A DNA stretch of 64,000 nucleotides from a virus (IMGVR_UViG_3300037743_000134:14266-78265); one strand, 5' to 3'; shown: positions 9,940 through 20,340, numbered from the stretch's first letter. The notes: a model not told the origin generated them from the letters alone. A program made the numbers and translations.

Positions 9940-10031
9940 TCGCGGCGTAGCGCGCGACACAACCATAACGACTTGCGGAGGCGTGCCCGTCTCCGACGGG
10001 ACGACTCCATCCACAACAAGGACACCAAGAC

Positions 10032-11117
10032 ATGTCGGACGCAAGCACCACGCGAATGCTCGAGGCGTACATCGAGCGCCGTGTTTCGCCCCAACTTTTC
10101 CTCTCGAGTTTCTTTCGCACGAGCCCCCGGAGTTTCCACAACTCCGAGCACGTCGAGGTCGATATTCGACGGGGCGAGCCGTACCTCGCGATTCCCGTGC
10201 AAAGCGTTACCTCCGGTGCGCGCAAGCACGAGGTGTCGCTGTACACGAACAAGAAATTCACGCCGCCCGTGTATGACCTCGAGGTCAGCATTTCGGCATG
10301 GAGCACGAGTCAGCGCCAACCGGGCATTACTCCTTTCCAGGATGTGAATTTTCGGCAGGCCGCAACGGACGAGGCCTTTCGCTCGCTCAACGAGCTCGAG
10401 GACATGCTCCGCCGCGCAGTCGAACTGCAGGCGTCGCAGATCTTCCAGACGGGCGTTGTCACGCTGACCGACGCGGCCAGCGCGACGATCTACACGCTCG
10501 ACTTCCAGGCGCGGCCTTCGCACTTCGTCATCACGACGCCGTGGGCGGCCGACGGCTCGACCGGCGATCCGCTGGGCGACATCGAGTCAATGGGCATCAA
10601 GATCCGCCGCGACGGAAAGATGAACGCTACGGACTTGGTCCTTGGCACGAGCGCGATGCAGCGCCTTTTGGCTAACGACGAGGTCAAGGCGCGCTTCGAT
10701 AATCGTGGGCTCGTTGCGCTCACGGAGATTCGCCCGGTATCGCGTCCAGACGGAGCTACGTTCTACGGCACGGTCGTAGTCGGTCACTACCGCTACAACC
10801 TGTGGATGTACGACGGGTACTTCATCGACCCGGCAACGCTCGAGCCGACGCCGTACGTTGGCGACACCAACGTCATCATGCTGGCCGAGCAGGGTCGTCG
10901 CGATCTGACCTTCGGATCGATCCCGATGTTCATGCCTCCCGACGCGCGCGCCGCGCAGTTCCTGCCGGCCCGCATGTCGAGCGTCGAGCAAGGCTTCGAT
11001 CTGACCACGAACATTTGGGTTTCCCCGGACGGCAAGCACTTGCACATGTCGGCCGGCACCCGGCCGCTGTGTGTGCCCACCGCGCTCGACACATTCGGCA
11101 CGCTCACGGTTGCGTGA
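10032..11117 (+). CDS. Major capsid protein, lambda gpE family
   Basis: 361 aa, FTPP, RRAVELQASQIFQTG, position in head operon. Confidence 0.88.
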   Translation: MSDASTTRMLEAYIERRVSPQLFLSSFFRTSPRSFHNSEHVEVDIRRGEPYLAIPVQSVTSGARKHEVSLYTNKKFTPPVYDLEVSISAWSTSQRQPGITPFQDVNFRQAATDEAFRSLNELEDMLRRAVELQASQIFQTGVVTLTDAASATIYTLDFQARPSHFVITTPWAADGSTGDPLGDIESMGIKIRRDGKMNATDLVLGTSAMQRLLANDEVKARFDNRGLVALTEIRPVSRPDGATFYGTVVVGHYRYNLWMYDGYFIDPATLEPTPYVGDTNVIMLAEQGRRDLTFGSIPMFMPPDARAAQFLPARMSSVEQGFDLTTNIWVSPDGKHLHMSAGTRPLCVPTALDTFGTLTVA

Positions 11118-11638
11118 TGGTGACGAACCGTGAGCTGCGCGAACGCGCCGAAGAGCTCGCGGCGGAGCTTGGCATCGAGATCTCAACGGACCGCATGAAC
11201 CATGTGGCTCTGACGGAGCTCGTTGCCAGGCTCGAGGGCCAACGGGAAGCCAAGGGCACGGACGCGCCAGTTACGCCGGCAGCCACCGGGGCGGTGCGTG
11301 CCGCTCCGGCGGCAGACGAGCGCGCCGTGCCGGTGGCCAAGCCGCGTCCCACGGTCGAGCGGAAAGCCGCCGCCAAGCCCGCGCCCACGCTTACGGTCGA
11401 CGGAGCAGCGGACGCAGCCGAGGGCGGGCTGCCAAAGCCCAAGCCGCCGCAGCCGGAAGCCAAGCAGCGCTACCCGTACACGGTGGCACCGGGCAAGACG
11501 ATCCAGTGCCCGCGCGGCGACATCCGCGCCGGCCGCGAGATACGCGCGCGAGACCTCGTCTACGACACGAAGGACATCGCAAAGGGCGAGAAAGCCCTGG
11601 CGGAATTCGTGGCGCGCGGCGTGGTCGTAAGGGCCTAA
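11117..11638 (+). CDS. Head-associated hypothetical protein (Ala/Pro-rich linker; gpFI position)
   Basis: ATG overlaps capsid TGA; 3' part of the 10802 ORF. Confidence 0.65.
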   Translation: MVTNRELRERAEELAAELGIEISTDRMNHVALTELVARLEGQREAKGTDAPVTPAATGAVRAAPAADERAVPVAKPRPTVERKAAAKPAPTLTVDGAADAAEGGLPKPKPPQPEAKQRYPYTVAPGKTIQCPRGDIRAGREIRARDLVYDTKDIAKGEKALAEFVARGVVVRA

Positions 11639-11639
11639 C

Positions 11640-12053
11640 GTGGGCCTGCGCGATATCGCCGCCGCCGATCTGAAAACGATCGTCGAAGACACGAATGACT
11701 TCGGCTGGCCCATCAAGATCACGGCGCCCAACGGCAGCAGCGCCGATCTGGTTGGGCTCTCGACCGACATCTCGCAGACGATCGATCCGGAGACAGGGCA
11801 AGCCGTCAGCGGACGCACCGCATCCGTGACGCTCGTCATTGCGACGCTCGAGACCCAAGGCATCGGCCTGCCGCATGCAGTGTCCGATCCGAAGGCGCGA
11901 CCGTGGGTCATTCGATTCGATGACATCAACGGGCACCCGCATACGTTCCGCGTGCTCGAGGCAATGCCGGATCGCGCGGCGGGGTGCGTGGTCTGTTTGC
12001 TTGACGCATACAAGCCGAATGCTCCGGACATCGTATGGCCGCTCGGATCTTAG
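11640..12053 (+). CDS. Head-tail connector (gpFII-like)
   Basis: 137 aa beta-rich, GTG start, neck position. Confidence 0.6.
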   Translation: MGLRDIAAADLKTIVEDTNDFGWPIKITAPNGSSADLVGLSTDISQTIDPETGQAVSGRTASVTLVIATLETQGIGLPHAVSDPKARPWVIRFDDINGHPHTFRVLEAMPDRAAGCVVCLLDAYKPNAPDIVWPLGS

Positions 12054-12733
12054 AGCTCATCGACAAGAGCGATAACTTCGAGCTTGTCCGCGATGAGATT
12101 GCCGCGATCCTGACGCTTGAGTCAGAGAACCAGCAGACGCTTGCTGCCGCGGCGAGCGAAGAAGCGCGGCTCTGGAAGCTCCGTGTTTTTGCCGAACGGT
12201 CGACGCCGTGGAGCGAATGGGAAAGCTCTCCTGAGCAAGCGGACCAATCGCCGATCGTCAACGTCTGGTTTGATAACGCCACGATCCAACTAGGCGCGAG
12301 CGACATCGTTGAGCGTCAGCGGCACGAGGGCATTTTCAACATCGACTGTTACGGGTACGGCGTCTCGGAAGAAACCGAAGGCGAATACGAAGGCGAGCTC
12401 TGGCACACGCCAGGCGACGAGCGCGCCGCCCGCGAAGTGCAGCGAGCGGCTCGCCTCGTACGCAACATTCTCCACGCCGCCGCCTATACGTATCTCAACA
12501 TGCGTGGCGTCGTCGCACGCCGGTACGTGCAATCGATCAACGCATTCCAGCCGGCGATCGGCGACAAGCCGGTCCAGCGCATACAGGCCGTGCGCCTCGC
12601 GCTGCACGTCGAGTTCAACGAATTCTCACCGCAGATCACGGGTCAACCGCTCGAGTTGATCTCGCTCTTGGTGAAACGAAAAGAAACCGGACAGCTCTAC
12701 TTCGCGGCCGAATACGGCGACGAGGATAGCTAA
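12035..12733 (+). CDS. Tail terminator-like protein
   Basis: 232 aa immediately upstream of sheath. Confidence 0.55.
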   Translation: MAARILELIDKSDNFELVRDEIAAILTLESENQQTLAAAASEEARLWKLRVFAERSTPWSEWESSPEQADQSPIVNVWFDNATIQLGASDIVERQRHEGIFNIDCYGYGVSEETEGEYEGELWHTPGDERAAREVQRAARLVRNILHAAAYTYLNMRGVVARRYVQSINAFQPAIGDKPVQRIQAVRLALHVEFNEFSPQITGQPLELISLLVKRKETGQLYFAAEYGDEDS

Positions 12734-12745
12734 GGAATCACCACC

Positions 12746-14224
12746 ATGGTTGACGCATCAGCAGTAGCGCGCGTGCTCGGCATCGCGACGGAGTTCAAAG
12801 ACCTGCGCGCCGGCAGCGTGTTGTTTCTGCCGCAACGCATCGCTGTGTTTGCGCAAGGCTCGAGTGCCGTCACGTACAGTACCGCCAAGCGCCAAGTCAC
12901 GAGCGCCGCGGAAGCGGGAACCGTCTACGGTTTCGATTCGCCGATCAGTCTCATCACGCGCGAGCTGTTGCCGGTTAACGGCGATGGCGTCGGATCGATT
13001 CCTGTGACGATCTATCCGCTCGAGGACGGCTACGAGGGCGTTGCCGCGGCGGGCGACATCACTCCCGGCGGCACCGCCTCGAAGGCGTCAGCGTTTCGCG
13101 TGCGCGTGAGCGGGATTCTGTCCAACGAGTTCGTGGTGCCAGCGGGTGCCGTCAACGTGGCGAACACGATCGCGGCCATGGTCACGGCCATCAACGCCGT
13201 GCTGCACATGCCGGTGACGGCGTCGGACGGGACGACGAAGGTCGACCTCGATGCGACGTGGGCCGGCCCGACCGGAAACGATCTGGTCGTGGAAATCATT
13301 GGCGACCTGAATGGCGTGACGTTTGCCATCACGCAGCCGGTTGGCGGACTCGTCGACCCGGACATCACCGACGCGCTCGCGCAGATGGGCAACGTCTGGG
13401 AAACGATGGCGATCCAAGCGACGAGCGGCGTAACGGCAATCATCGACGAATTCCAGGAGTTCGGCGAAGGGCGTTGGGGAGAGCTCGTACGCAAGCCGCT
13501 GGTCATTTTCTCGGGCGCCACAACCGTCGATGCAAGCTCTCTCGTTTCCCTCGGCAATACCCGCAAAGACGATCGCATCAACAGCGCGCTTGTTGCGCCC
13601 GGTTCGGTCAACCTGCCCTTCGTCGTAGCGGCCCGCCAGCTCGCGCGTATCGCGAAGGTCGCAAACAACAACCCGCCGCGTGACTACGGCAGCCAGAAGG
13701 CAACCGGTCTGTTGCCCGGCGACGACGGCGATCAATGGGATTACCCGACGCGCGACATGGCAGTCAAGGGCGGGATATCGACGGTCGAAGTGCGCGACGG
13801 TGTCGTCAACGTCTCCGACGTCGTGACGTTCTATCACCCGGACGGCGAGGAGCCTCCCGCGTATCGGTACGTTTGCGACATCGTGAAGTTGCAAAACATT
13901 ATCTTCAACATCGACCTACTCTTTGCGAACGAAGAGTGGGACGGCGCGCCGCTCATCCCGGACGACCAGCCAACGGTCAACCCGTCCGCGCGAAAGCCGA
14001 AGTCGGCGAAGGCGTTGGTTAACGGCCTGCTCGATAACCTCGGCCTGCAAGCGATCATCAGCGACCCGGCGACGGCGAAGGCGAATACGACCGCGGTCAT
14101 CAATTCGGGCAACCCGAAGCGGCTCGACATCGAGGTGCTCGTGCAGCTCGCGGGCAACACGAACATCATCAGTGTTGGGCTGAGCTTCGGCTTCTTCTTT
14201 GGCTCACAAGCCGCGGTTGCCTGA
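12746..14224 (+). CDS. Contractile tail sheath protein (Mu gpL-like)
   Basis: LPQRIAVFAQG, YGFDSP, GGIST, YRYV..IVKLQN, NPKRLDI motifs. Confidence 0.9.
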   Translation: MVDASAVARVLGIATEFKDLRAGSVLFLPQRIAVFAQGSSAVTYSTAKRQVTSAAEAGTVYGFDSPISLITRELLPVNGDGVGSIPVTIYPLEDGYEGVAAAGDITPGGTASKASAFRVRVSGILSNEFVVPAGAVNVANTIAAMVTAINAVLHMPVTASDGTTKVDLDATWAGPTGNDLVVEIIGDLNGVTFAITQPVGGLVDPDITDALAQMGNVWETMAIQATSGVTAIIDEFQEFGEGRWGELVRKPLVIFSGATTVDASSLVSLGNTRKDDRINSALVAPGSVNLPFVVAARQLARIAKVANNNPPRDYGSQKATGLLPGDDGDQWDYPTRDMAVKGGISTVEVRDGVVNVSDVVTFYHPDGEEPPAYRYVCDIVKLQNIIFNIDLLFANEEWDGAPLIPDDQPTVNPSARKPKSAKALVNGLLDNLGLQAIISDPATAKANTTAVINSGNPKRLDIEVLVQLAGNTNIISVGLSFGFFFGSQAAVA

Positions 14225-14305
14225 GCGCGTCTGAACCAACCCGATAGCCGCTGAGCGCGCGACGCGCTGCCGGCGCAACTCCCTTTCAACGAAGGACGAA
14301 CGCAC

Positions 14306-14686
14306 ATGAGTGTCGGCGGATCGATCGAATCGGTCACGATCAAGGGTCGCACGTTTGCCGTTGCCGCAGACGCGGACGCCGCTCGCCAGCTCGGCGGCGC
14401 GTCAGCAGAAGTGCTGGCGAACGGGGACGGAACCGCGCGCATCGTGAAGACCAAAATTCCGTGGTTGATTAGCGGACTCGCACTCGTCATCAACAACGTG
14501 CGCGGCGACCTCGAGTTCCTACAGGAGATCGCCAACGGCTCCGTCTTCGTTGCGTGCGACATCACGTTTGCGGACGGCACGACGTATCAGGGCCAAGGCA
14601 CCGTTACCGGGGAGCTCCAGGCCGGCAGCCAGAACGCGACTGCCGAAGTCACGCTCTCAGGCGAAGGTCAGCTCACGAAACAGTGA
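14306..14686 (+). CDS. Tail tube protein
   Basis: 126 aa directly after sheath, GAAGGA RBS. Confidence 0.8.
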   Translation: MSVGGSIESVTIKGRTFAVAADADAARQLGGASAEVLANGDGTARIVKTKIPWLISGLALVINNVRGDLEFLQEIANGSVFVACDITFADGTTYQGQGTVTGELQAGSQNATAEVTLSGEGQLTKQ

Positions 14687-14728
14687 TATAACCGTCCCGA
14701 AAATGAAGGCGCCGAATGGGCCTCTTAC

Positions 14729-14771
14729 AAGCCGTCGCCGCAACACGCAACCCGTGCCGGCGACGGCTTTT
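14729..14771 (+). terminator. Intrinsic terminator after tail tube gene
   Basis: 12-bp stem AAGCCGTCGCCG(14729-14740)/CGGCGACGGCTT(14758-14769) ending in TTTT. Confidence 0.7.
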
Positions 14772-14783
14772 ATGCATTTGAGC

Positions 14784-14789
14784 TATAAT
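14784..14789 (+). promoter_or_regulatory. -10 element TATAAT 8 nt before GTG of HNH gene
   Basis: AGC-TATAAT-TCCGGACG-GTG. Confidence 0.55.
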
Positions 14790-14797
14790 TCCGGACG

Positions 14798-15619
14798 GTG
14801 AAAGTCTGTCGCAGGGGACATCGGTATGTCGTGCAACAGCGGTGCCCGGAGTGTGCGCGGGCGCGGCGCCGCGCGTGGTACGAGCGCAACAAAGAGCGGA
14901 CTCTTCGGACCAATAAGAAATGGGCAGCCGCAAACAAAGCGAAACGGAAAGCGCAACAACGGCGCGAGCACGAGAAAAACGCGGCAGCGTACAAGCGACG
15001 CACGCAGGAGTGGCGGCAGAAGAATTCTGAACGAGAAAAGACGACGCGGCGCCAAAGACGAGCGCGGCTCACATTGAAGCCGCCCGCAAAGAGCGTATGC
15101 ATACGAGGGCACTCCCGCGTTGTAGGTTTGGATTGTCCGGAATGTACCAAGTTGCGCATGCGCAAGCGCGGACCGCGCATTCAAGAGCAAGCGAGGCGGA
15201 CGACCAAAAGGCTTGGCGATATTGACGCGGTGCGCGCTAAGGAGCGAGCGTGGTACGCGGCGCATCGCGAAGAGAGTTGCGCTTCAGGGCGCGCTTGGCG
15301 AAAACGCAATAAAGACAAGACACGGCTAGCGCGACAGAGGCGCAGGGCTCGCCTTCGGGGCGCCGGTTCGCCTGGCGTGACGCCTGCCGAATTGGAGGCA
15401 TTGGTGGAGCAGTTCAATGGCTGCTGCGCGTACTGCGGAAAGCCCGGCACGACGATCGATCATGTCGTGCCGCTTTCAAAGGGTGGCCGCGACGAAATCG
15501 CCAATGTGCTCCCCGCGTGCAAGCCATGCAACTCGAGCAAGAACAACAGAGACTTATCAGAATGGCTAGCCAGCAAGGGCTACGCGGACCCGCGCGACAA
15601 GCATCGATTGAGTGCATAG
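14798..15619 (+). CDS. HNH endonuclease with two CxxGH-x7-CxxC repeats
   Basis: CAYCGKPGTTIDHVVPLSKGGRDEIANVLPACKPCNSSK. Confidence 0.9.
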   Translation: MKVCRRGHRYVVQQRCPECARARRRAWYERNKERTLRTNKKWAAANKAKRKAQQRREHEKNAAAYKRRTQEWRQKNSEREKTTRRQRRARLTLKPPAKSVCIRGHSRVVGLDCPECTKLRMRKRGPRIQEQARRTTKRLGDIDAVRAKERAWYAAHREESCASGRAWRKRNKDKTRLARQRRRARLRGAGSPGVTPAELEALVEQFNGCCAYCGKPGTTIDHVVPLSKGGRDEIANVLPACKPCNSSKNNRDLSEWLASKGYADPRDKHRLSA

Positions 15620-16325
15620 CGTGATCGTCCTAGCGGCGCTGGCAACGATACCATCGCGTGCGCACTTGCTGCCGCGTGTGCTCGCCTCGCTGCGCCCACA
15701 GGTGGACCGACTGCACGTCTATCTCAACGGCTACGCCAGCGTCCCTGAGTGCGTACGGGAGCTCGCCGACGAATATGTCCAACATGCGGACAACCGCGGG
15801 GCAGAGGCAAAGCTGCACTGGGCAAATACGCACGACGGACTTTATTGTTCGTGCGATGACGATCTCGTATACCCACCTCGGTACGTTGCCACAATGGTCG
15901 ACGCCGTCGCACGGTGGGACGGCCGCGCGATCGTCAGTGCACACGGGCGCGTGTATCTCGGCGCGCCGAGCGGTTGGCATAACGTCGCACCGAATAGCAT
16001 CGGCAACGTGCACAAGAACGTTCCATTTGGCCGATGGATAAATCACGCCGGCTCGGGCGTCATGACCTGGCAAACGCGGCACGTGCACATACCAAGCGAA
16101 TTCCCGGAGCGCAATCTCGTGGACGCGCAGATCGCAACGTGGGCGCAACGCGCGCGCGTGCCCATGTGGCTCGTACCGCATCCGGCGCGTTGGTTGCAAG
16201 CGCTCGCCTACCTCGACGCTAAGGGAATCTTCAAACAGTCGCAGCTCGATGGTCACAAGCGGCGCTCCGAGATCATTCGACGCCACGGCGTCGAGCACGG
16301 CTGGCAATTGTACGAGCTAACGTGA
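15612..16325 (+). CDS. GT-A fold glycosyltransferase (GT2-like)
   Basis: LATIPSR N-terminus, YCSCDDDLVYPP DxD motif. Confidence 0.8.
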   Translation: MHSVIVLAALATIPSRAHLLPRVLASLRPQVDRLHVYLNGYASVPECVRELADEYVQHADNRGAEAKLHWANTHDGLYCSCDDDLVYPPRYVATMVDAVARWDGRAIVSAHGRVYLGAPSGWHNVAPNSIGNVHKNVPFGRWINHAGSGVMTWQTRHVHIPSEFPERNLVDAQIATWAQRARVPMWLVPHPARWLQALAYLDAKGIFKQSQLDGHKRRSEIIRRHGVEHGWQLYELT

Positions 16326-17602
16326 CGCTACAGCGCTGGGATGTAATCAATGAGCTGCTCGGTCTGACGACTGAGAGGCGCTACCTCGAGATCGGCGTGC
16401 AGCGCGGCATCTGCGGGCGCAAAGTGCGTGCGCCAGAAAAGTGGGGCGTCGATCCTGATTACGCATCGAGCGCGACGCCCTACTACACGCGTATGGCGCG
16501 GCTCACTTCGGATGCATTCTTTGCTCAGCTAGACCCGCAGCAGCGCTTCGACGTTGTGCTCGTCGACGGATTGCACCACGCGGACCAGGTCTTACGCGAC
16601 GTCGACAACGTGCTGGCGCATCTGGCGCCGGGCGGGTTCATTGTCTTGCACGATTGCAACCCGCTCAGCGAGATAGCTCAGCGGGTGCCGCGCGCAACTG
16701 GCGTGTGGAATGGCGATTGCTGGAAAGCTATGGTTGCGCTGCGGCAACGTGGCGACGTCGAAGCGTTCACGGTCGACACGGACCACGGCGTCGGTATCGT
16801 GCGCAAACAAGCGAACCCCGGGCCGCTCCGGGACGTGCCGGCAGAGCTGACTTATGTCGTGTTCGAGGCGGACCGAGAACGATTGATTGGTCTCGTTGCT
16901 CCGCAGAGCTGGCGCGAGAGACTTGGCACGTGCTCGGGACTTGGGCGTGTCGTTGTGGTGTCAGCGATCCTTGGCCGCCGCGACGACGGGTGCGAGCTGC
17001 CCAAGGCGCACGACGTCGACGACTACGTAATGTTTTCGGACGGGCCTCCGCCAGCAGGCTGGCGCCACGTAGCGACGCATGCGGGCGCGGACGCGCGCGC
17101 GACAGCTCGACGAATCAAAACTCTGGCGCTGGAGCTTGAGCAAATCGCCGACGCCGACGTGGTTGTGTGGATCGACGGACGCATCAGGCCCACGGGCAGA
17201 GCGCTGCGGCCGCTGCTACGCGAGGCTTTGCGAGAATCTGACATCGCCTCATTCCCTCACCCCTGGCGCAATTGTGCGTACGCCGAGGCCCGCGAATGCG
17301 CCAGGCTTGGCCGTGCGCCAGTAGAAGCGCTGCACCGGCAGACGGCGGCGTACGAAGCCGAGGGCTTTCCGCGTGACGCCGGCCTGTGGAACACGATGGC
17401 CCTGGCCCGCAGGCGCACGCCTGCGATGATTGAATTCGGCCGTGCATGGTGGGCCGAGATCGAGCGGCACACGCAACGCGATCAGGTGTCGCTGCCTTAT
17501 CTGCTTTGGCGACATGGCATCACGTGCGGACGGCTCGGGAAGGACATCTACCGCAAACAGTCGAATCCGTATTTCGAGCGCGGACAGCATCGGCATGCGT
17601 GA
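16322..17602 (+). CDS. Fusion: class I SAM methyltransferase (Methyltransf_24-like) + DUF616/TOD1-MUCI70-like glycosyltransferase domain
   Basis: YLEIGV, FDVVLVDGLH, IVLHDC; C-half VWIDG, HPWRNCAYAE, RDQVSLPY. Confidence 0.8.
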   Translation: MTLQRWDVINELLGLTTERRYLEIGVQRGICGRKVRAPEKWGVDPDYASSATPYYTRMARLTSDAFFAQLDPQQRFDVVLVDGLHHADQVLRDVDNVLAHLAPGGFIVLHDCNPLSEIAQRVPRATGVWNGDCWKAMVALRQRGDVEAFTVDTDHGVGIVRKQANPGPLRDVPAELTYVVFEADRERLIGLVAPQSWRERLGTCSGLGRVVVVSAILGRRDDGCELPKAHDVDDYVMFSDGPPPAGWRHVATHAGADARATARRIKTLALELEQIADADVVVWIDGRIRPTGRALRPLLREALRESDIASFPHPWRNCAYAEARECARLGRAPVEALHRQTAAYEAEGFPRDAGLWNTMALARRRTPAMIEFGRAWWAEIERHTQRDQVSLPYLLWRHGITCGRLGKDIYRKQSNPYFERGQHRHA

Positions 17603-18551
17603 GATTTTCAAAGCGAGTCTCGCTGCGCTTACGGAACCGATCCGCGGACTTCGCGTTTTACTTTTCGGTTTCTCGGGTCCCGGGTTTCCTGGTGGCAACG
17701 GGCGAATCGAAGCAGTCGACTGGCTGCCGCAAGCCGGGCTCGAAGTTACCTACTCGAACGAGCTAGATCCCGAGCTCGAAGAAAAGCTGTCACGCCACTA
17801 CGACGTTTCGGTCATCTGCAACACGCGAGCCGGAGCCGTGCTCGGATACGATCGGCGCGTCTGGACGAGCGCCACCGAGTCCGTGTGGTGGTTTTGGGAT
17901 TTGCGCAACGGGGAAGTCGGAGCTCCACTCCGCGGCCGACCGCGGCATGTCTTTCTGTCGTACAACGGGCGCTGGACGTCACCGTCCGGCACCGTCTACG
18001 AGCCGCGACAATGGGCCCATGCGCTCGGCGCTGCGGTCCACTACTGCCCGCAGGGTGCACCGCTTCGCGAGCCCGTGACAGTGCCGGACGCGCCGCGCGT
18101 CCTATTCGTGGGCGACCTCGCGAATTCAACATACCATCGCGGCCGGCGTGAGATGTGCTCGGCATTGGGCGCCAAGGTTCTGAACGCGCGCGACCGCAAC
18201 GCGCGGCTCGCCATTGAGGCGCAGATGCCGGGCCTCTATTCGAGCTCGCGATATTGCCTGAGCATGTCGCCGCTCGCGCCTGGGTACACGAGTGTCCGCT
18301 CGTATTCGATTCTCGCATGCGGCGGGCTGATGCTGCTCCACCGGTTTCCCGGAGCTGACGAGATTTTCTCGGACGGTGAAAACGTGATCCTGTTTGACAC
18401 CGCCGAGGAAGCGATCGCTCGGGCAGCTGGCCTGGACGCCGACCCGGAGGAACGGGTGCGCATCGCAGCGGCAGGTAGATTGCTCCACGCGACGCGCCAC
18501 ACCGTCGCGCATCGAATCATTTCGATCTGCCGAGAGGTCACGGGTTGCTGA
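17595..18551 (+). CDS. GT-B glycosyltransferase, CgeB/Glyco_trans_1_2-like
   Basis: ATG 17595 in the 17430 frame; VLFVG, SVRSYSILACGGLMLL..F.DGENVILFD. Confidence 0.75.
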   Translation: MREIFKASLAALTEPIRGLRVLLFGFSGPGFPGGNGRIEAVDWLPQAGLEVTYSNELDPELEEKLSRHYDVSVICNTRAGAVLGYDRRVWTSATESVWWFWDLRNGEVGAPLRGRPRHVFLSYNGRWTSPSGTVYEPRQWAHALGAAVHYCPQGAPLREPVTVPDAPRVLFVGDLANSTYHRGRREMCSALGAKVLNARDRNARLAIEAQMPGLYSSSRYCLSMSPLAPGYTSVRSYSILACGGLMLLHRFPGADEIFSDGENVILFDTAEEAIARAAGLDADPEERVRIAAAGRLLHATRHTVAHRIISICREVTGC

Positions 18552-19186
18552 CCGTTGCGACGGCGATCTTCGGTCCTGACTATGAGCTACACGAGCCGCT
18601 ACATTCCTGGCCGGGGTGCCGTTTCGTTTGCTTTACCGATCGCCACGATCTGCGAGCGCGTGCGTGGAAAATCGTCATCCAGACACATGAGCTCACGCCA
18701 CGCCGGAGCAATCGTCACATCAAGGCGTTGCTTCATCGGTACGTCACGGGACCAACCCTCTACCTCGATGCCGAATTTCAAATCACCGAAGACCCGCGCC
18801 CGTGGGTCAACGCCGCGCTGAGCCGACACTGCTGGGCAGCAACGCGGCACCCGCAGCGCGACTGTCTTTTCTCCGAGGCACGTTACTGCTTGCGGAAGAA
18901 ATGCACGAGTTCGCCGGTCGAGCTGGCCGCGCAGATTCAACGCTACCGACTTGCCGGAATGCCGGAGCGTTTCGGACTCTGGGCGGGCGGCATCCTGGCC
19001 CGGCGCGGCGATCATCAGAGTGAGCAGATCGGCGAAACGTGGTGGAACGAAATCAGCCACGGCGCCGAACGTGATCAGATCAGTCTGCCATTTGTAGCGT
19101 GGTGTCTCGGGCTGCACCCGGCAGATATCCCGGGCGCCTACACATCGTTGCCCGGCGTGCTCAGGAAAAAGCGTGCAGCCAAGTAA
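18545..19186 (+). CDS. DUF616/TOD1-MUCI70-like glycosyltransferase
   Basis: FVCFTD, LYLDA, HPQRDCLFSE, RDQISLPFV; paralog of the 16322 C-half. Confidence 0.75.
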   Translation: MLTVATAIFGPDYELHEPLHSWPGCRFVCFTDRHDLRARAWKIVIQTHELTPRRSNRHIKALLHRYVTGPTLYLDAEFQITEDPRPWVNAALSRHCWAATRHPQRDCLFSEARYCLRKKCTSSPVELAAQIQRYRLAGMPERFGLWAGGILARRGDHQSEQIGETWWNEISHGAERDQISLPFVAWCLGLHPADIPGAYTSLPGVLRKKRAAK

Positions 19187-19728
19187 TGGACTTTGACAAG
19201 TACCGCCGGCTCGGCGACTACCATTGGCGCGAGTATGCGCGGCCGACCGTATATCGCGCGTACGTGGACGGCCTGCGCGACTGGGTCAAGGGCTCGGCGA
19301 TTCTGGACGTGGGCGCAGGCGACGGACTGATTGCGTACGTAATCGGCGCCACAGGGATCGAACTAGACCCGATCGCGGTAGCGCTCGCGCGGTCTCACGC
19401 GGTCGACGTAATCAAGGGCGACGCGGGCGCGTTACCGTTTCCCGCCGCGTCATTCGATACGGTCTTTCTCGGCGACGTAATTGAGCACCTCGAAGACCCG
19501 CTGCCCGCACTGCTCGAGGCGCGGCGCGTGCTGCGCAACGACGGGACGCTCTACGTCACAACGCCCCCCGAGCACACGCCGGTGCGCCCATACCACTATC
19601 GGGAATATACGCCGGACTCGTTACGCGAAACCGTCGAGCCGCTGGGGTTCGAACTCAGTGCGCCGATGTTCACGCGACACGATCGCATCCACGCAGCATT
19701 TAGCAAGACGTCCCATGCCGTTCGGTGA
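19186..19728 (+). CDS. Class I SAM-dependent methyltransferase
   Basis: TAATG coupling; ILDVGAGDG, FDTVFLGDVIEH, LLEARRVLR. Confidence 0.85.
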   Translation: MDFDKYRRLGDYHWREYARPTVYRAYVDGLRDWVKGSAILDVGAGDGLIAYVIGATGIELDPIAVALARSHAVDVIKGDAGALPFPAASFDTVFLGDVIEHLEDPLPALLEARRVLRNDGTLYVTTPPEHTPVRPYHYREYTPDSLRETVEPLGFELSAPMFTRHDRIHAAFSKTSHAVR

Positions 19729-20311
19729 CAACTGGCGCAAACAGGGTCCCGAATATTGGGACGCGATGGCCGCGCGCTGCGCCGACCTGCCGTTTAATGA
19801 TCTGCTTAGGTCCGAAGTCCTTGTGTGCGGATCTCTCATCGAGATCGGCTGTGGCGGCGGACACCTAGCGCAGGCGTTATTCGCGGCCGGCTACCACGGC
19901 ACGTATTGGGGCTGCGACATCTCGCCGGCCGCAGTCCAAGCGGCGCGCGCACGACTCGGCCCGGACGCTATCGTAGCTGTCGGTCAGTTCGAGCAGCTCT
20001 CTTGGATAGACACAGTCCCGCGCGCGGAGCTCGTCATAGCCCGGAGCGTCATTCAGCATCAGGAGCACTGGTTGCCGTTGGTCGATGCTGCGCTACGACA
20101 TGCGCCGCGCGTTGTTCTCGGCGTCAGCCGGGCGATCTACTTCAAGCCGACCGGCGAGCACTACGTGCAGAAGCGCGGCTCGTTCTTCGACGTGTGCATT
20201 TCGCTCGAAGCAATGGAGCGCGAGGCATCACAAGCGGGCATCGCGTGCAGCTTCCGTCATGTCGACGGACGGCGCGGACCCGAAGTCGTGATCGCGCTTA
20301 CGAGGGCGTAG
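19715..20311 (+). CDS. Class I SAM-dependent methyltransferase
   Basis: ATG 19715 in the 19481 frame; LIEIGCGGG, YWGCDIS, SVIQH. Confidence 0.82.
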   Translation: MPFGDNWRKQGPEYWDAMAARCADLPFNDLLRSEVLVCGSLIEIGCGGGHLAQALFAAGYHGTYWGCDISPAAVQAARARLGPDAIVAVGQFEQLSWIDTVPRAELVIARSVIQHQEHWLPLVDAALRHAPRVVLGVSRAIYFKPTGEHYVQKRGSFFDVCISLEAMEREASQAGIACSFRHVDGRRGPEVVIALTRA

Positions 20312-20324
20312 CGCGTGGCACTCG

Positions 20325-20333
20325 TGCTAGAAT
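20325..20333 (+). promoter_or_regulatory. Extended -10 (TGcTAGAAT) 7 nt before GTG of HNH gene
   Basis: TG-C-TAGAAT-ACACGAC-GTG. Confidence 0.6.
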
Positions 20334-20340
20334 ACACGAC

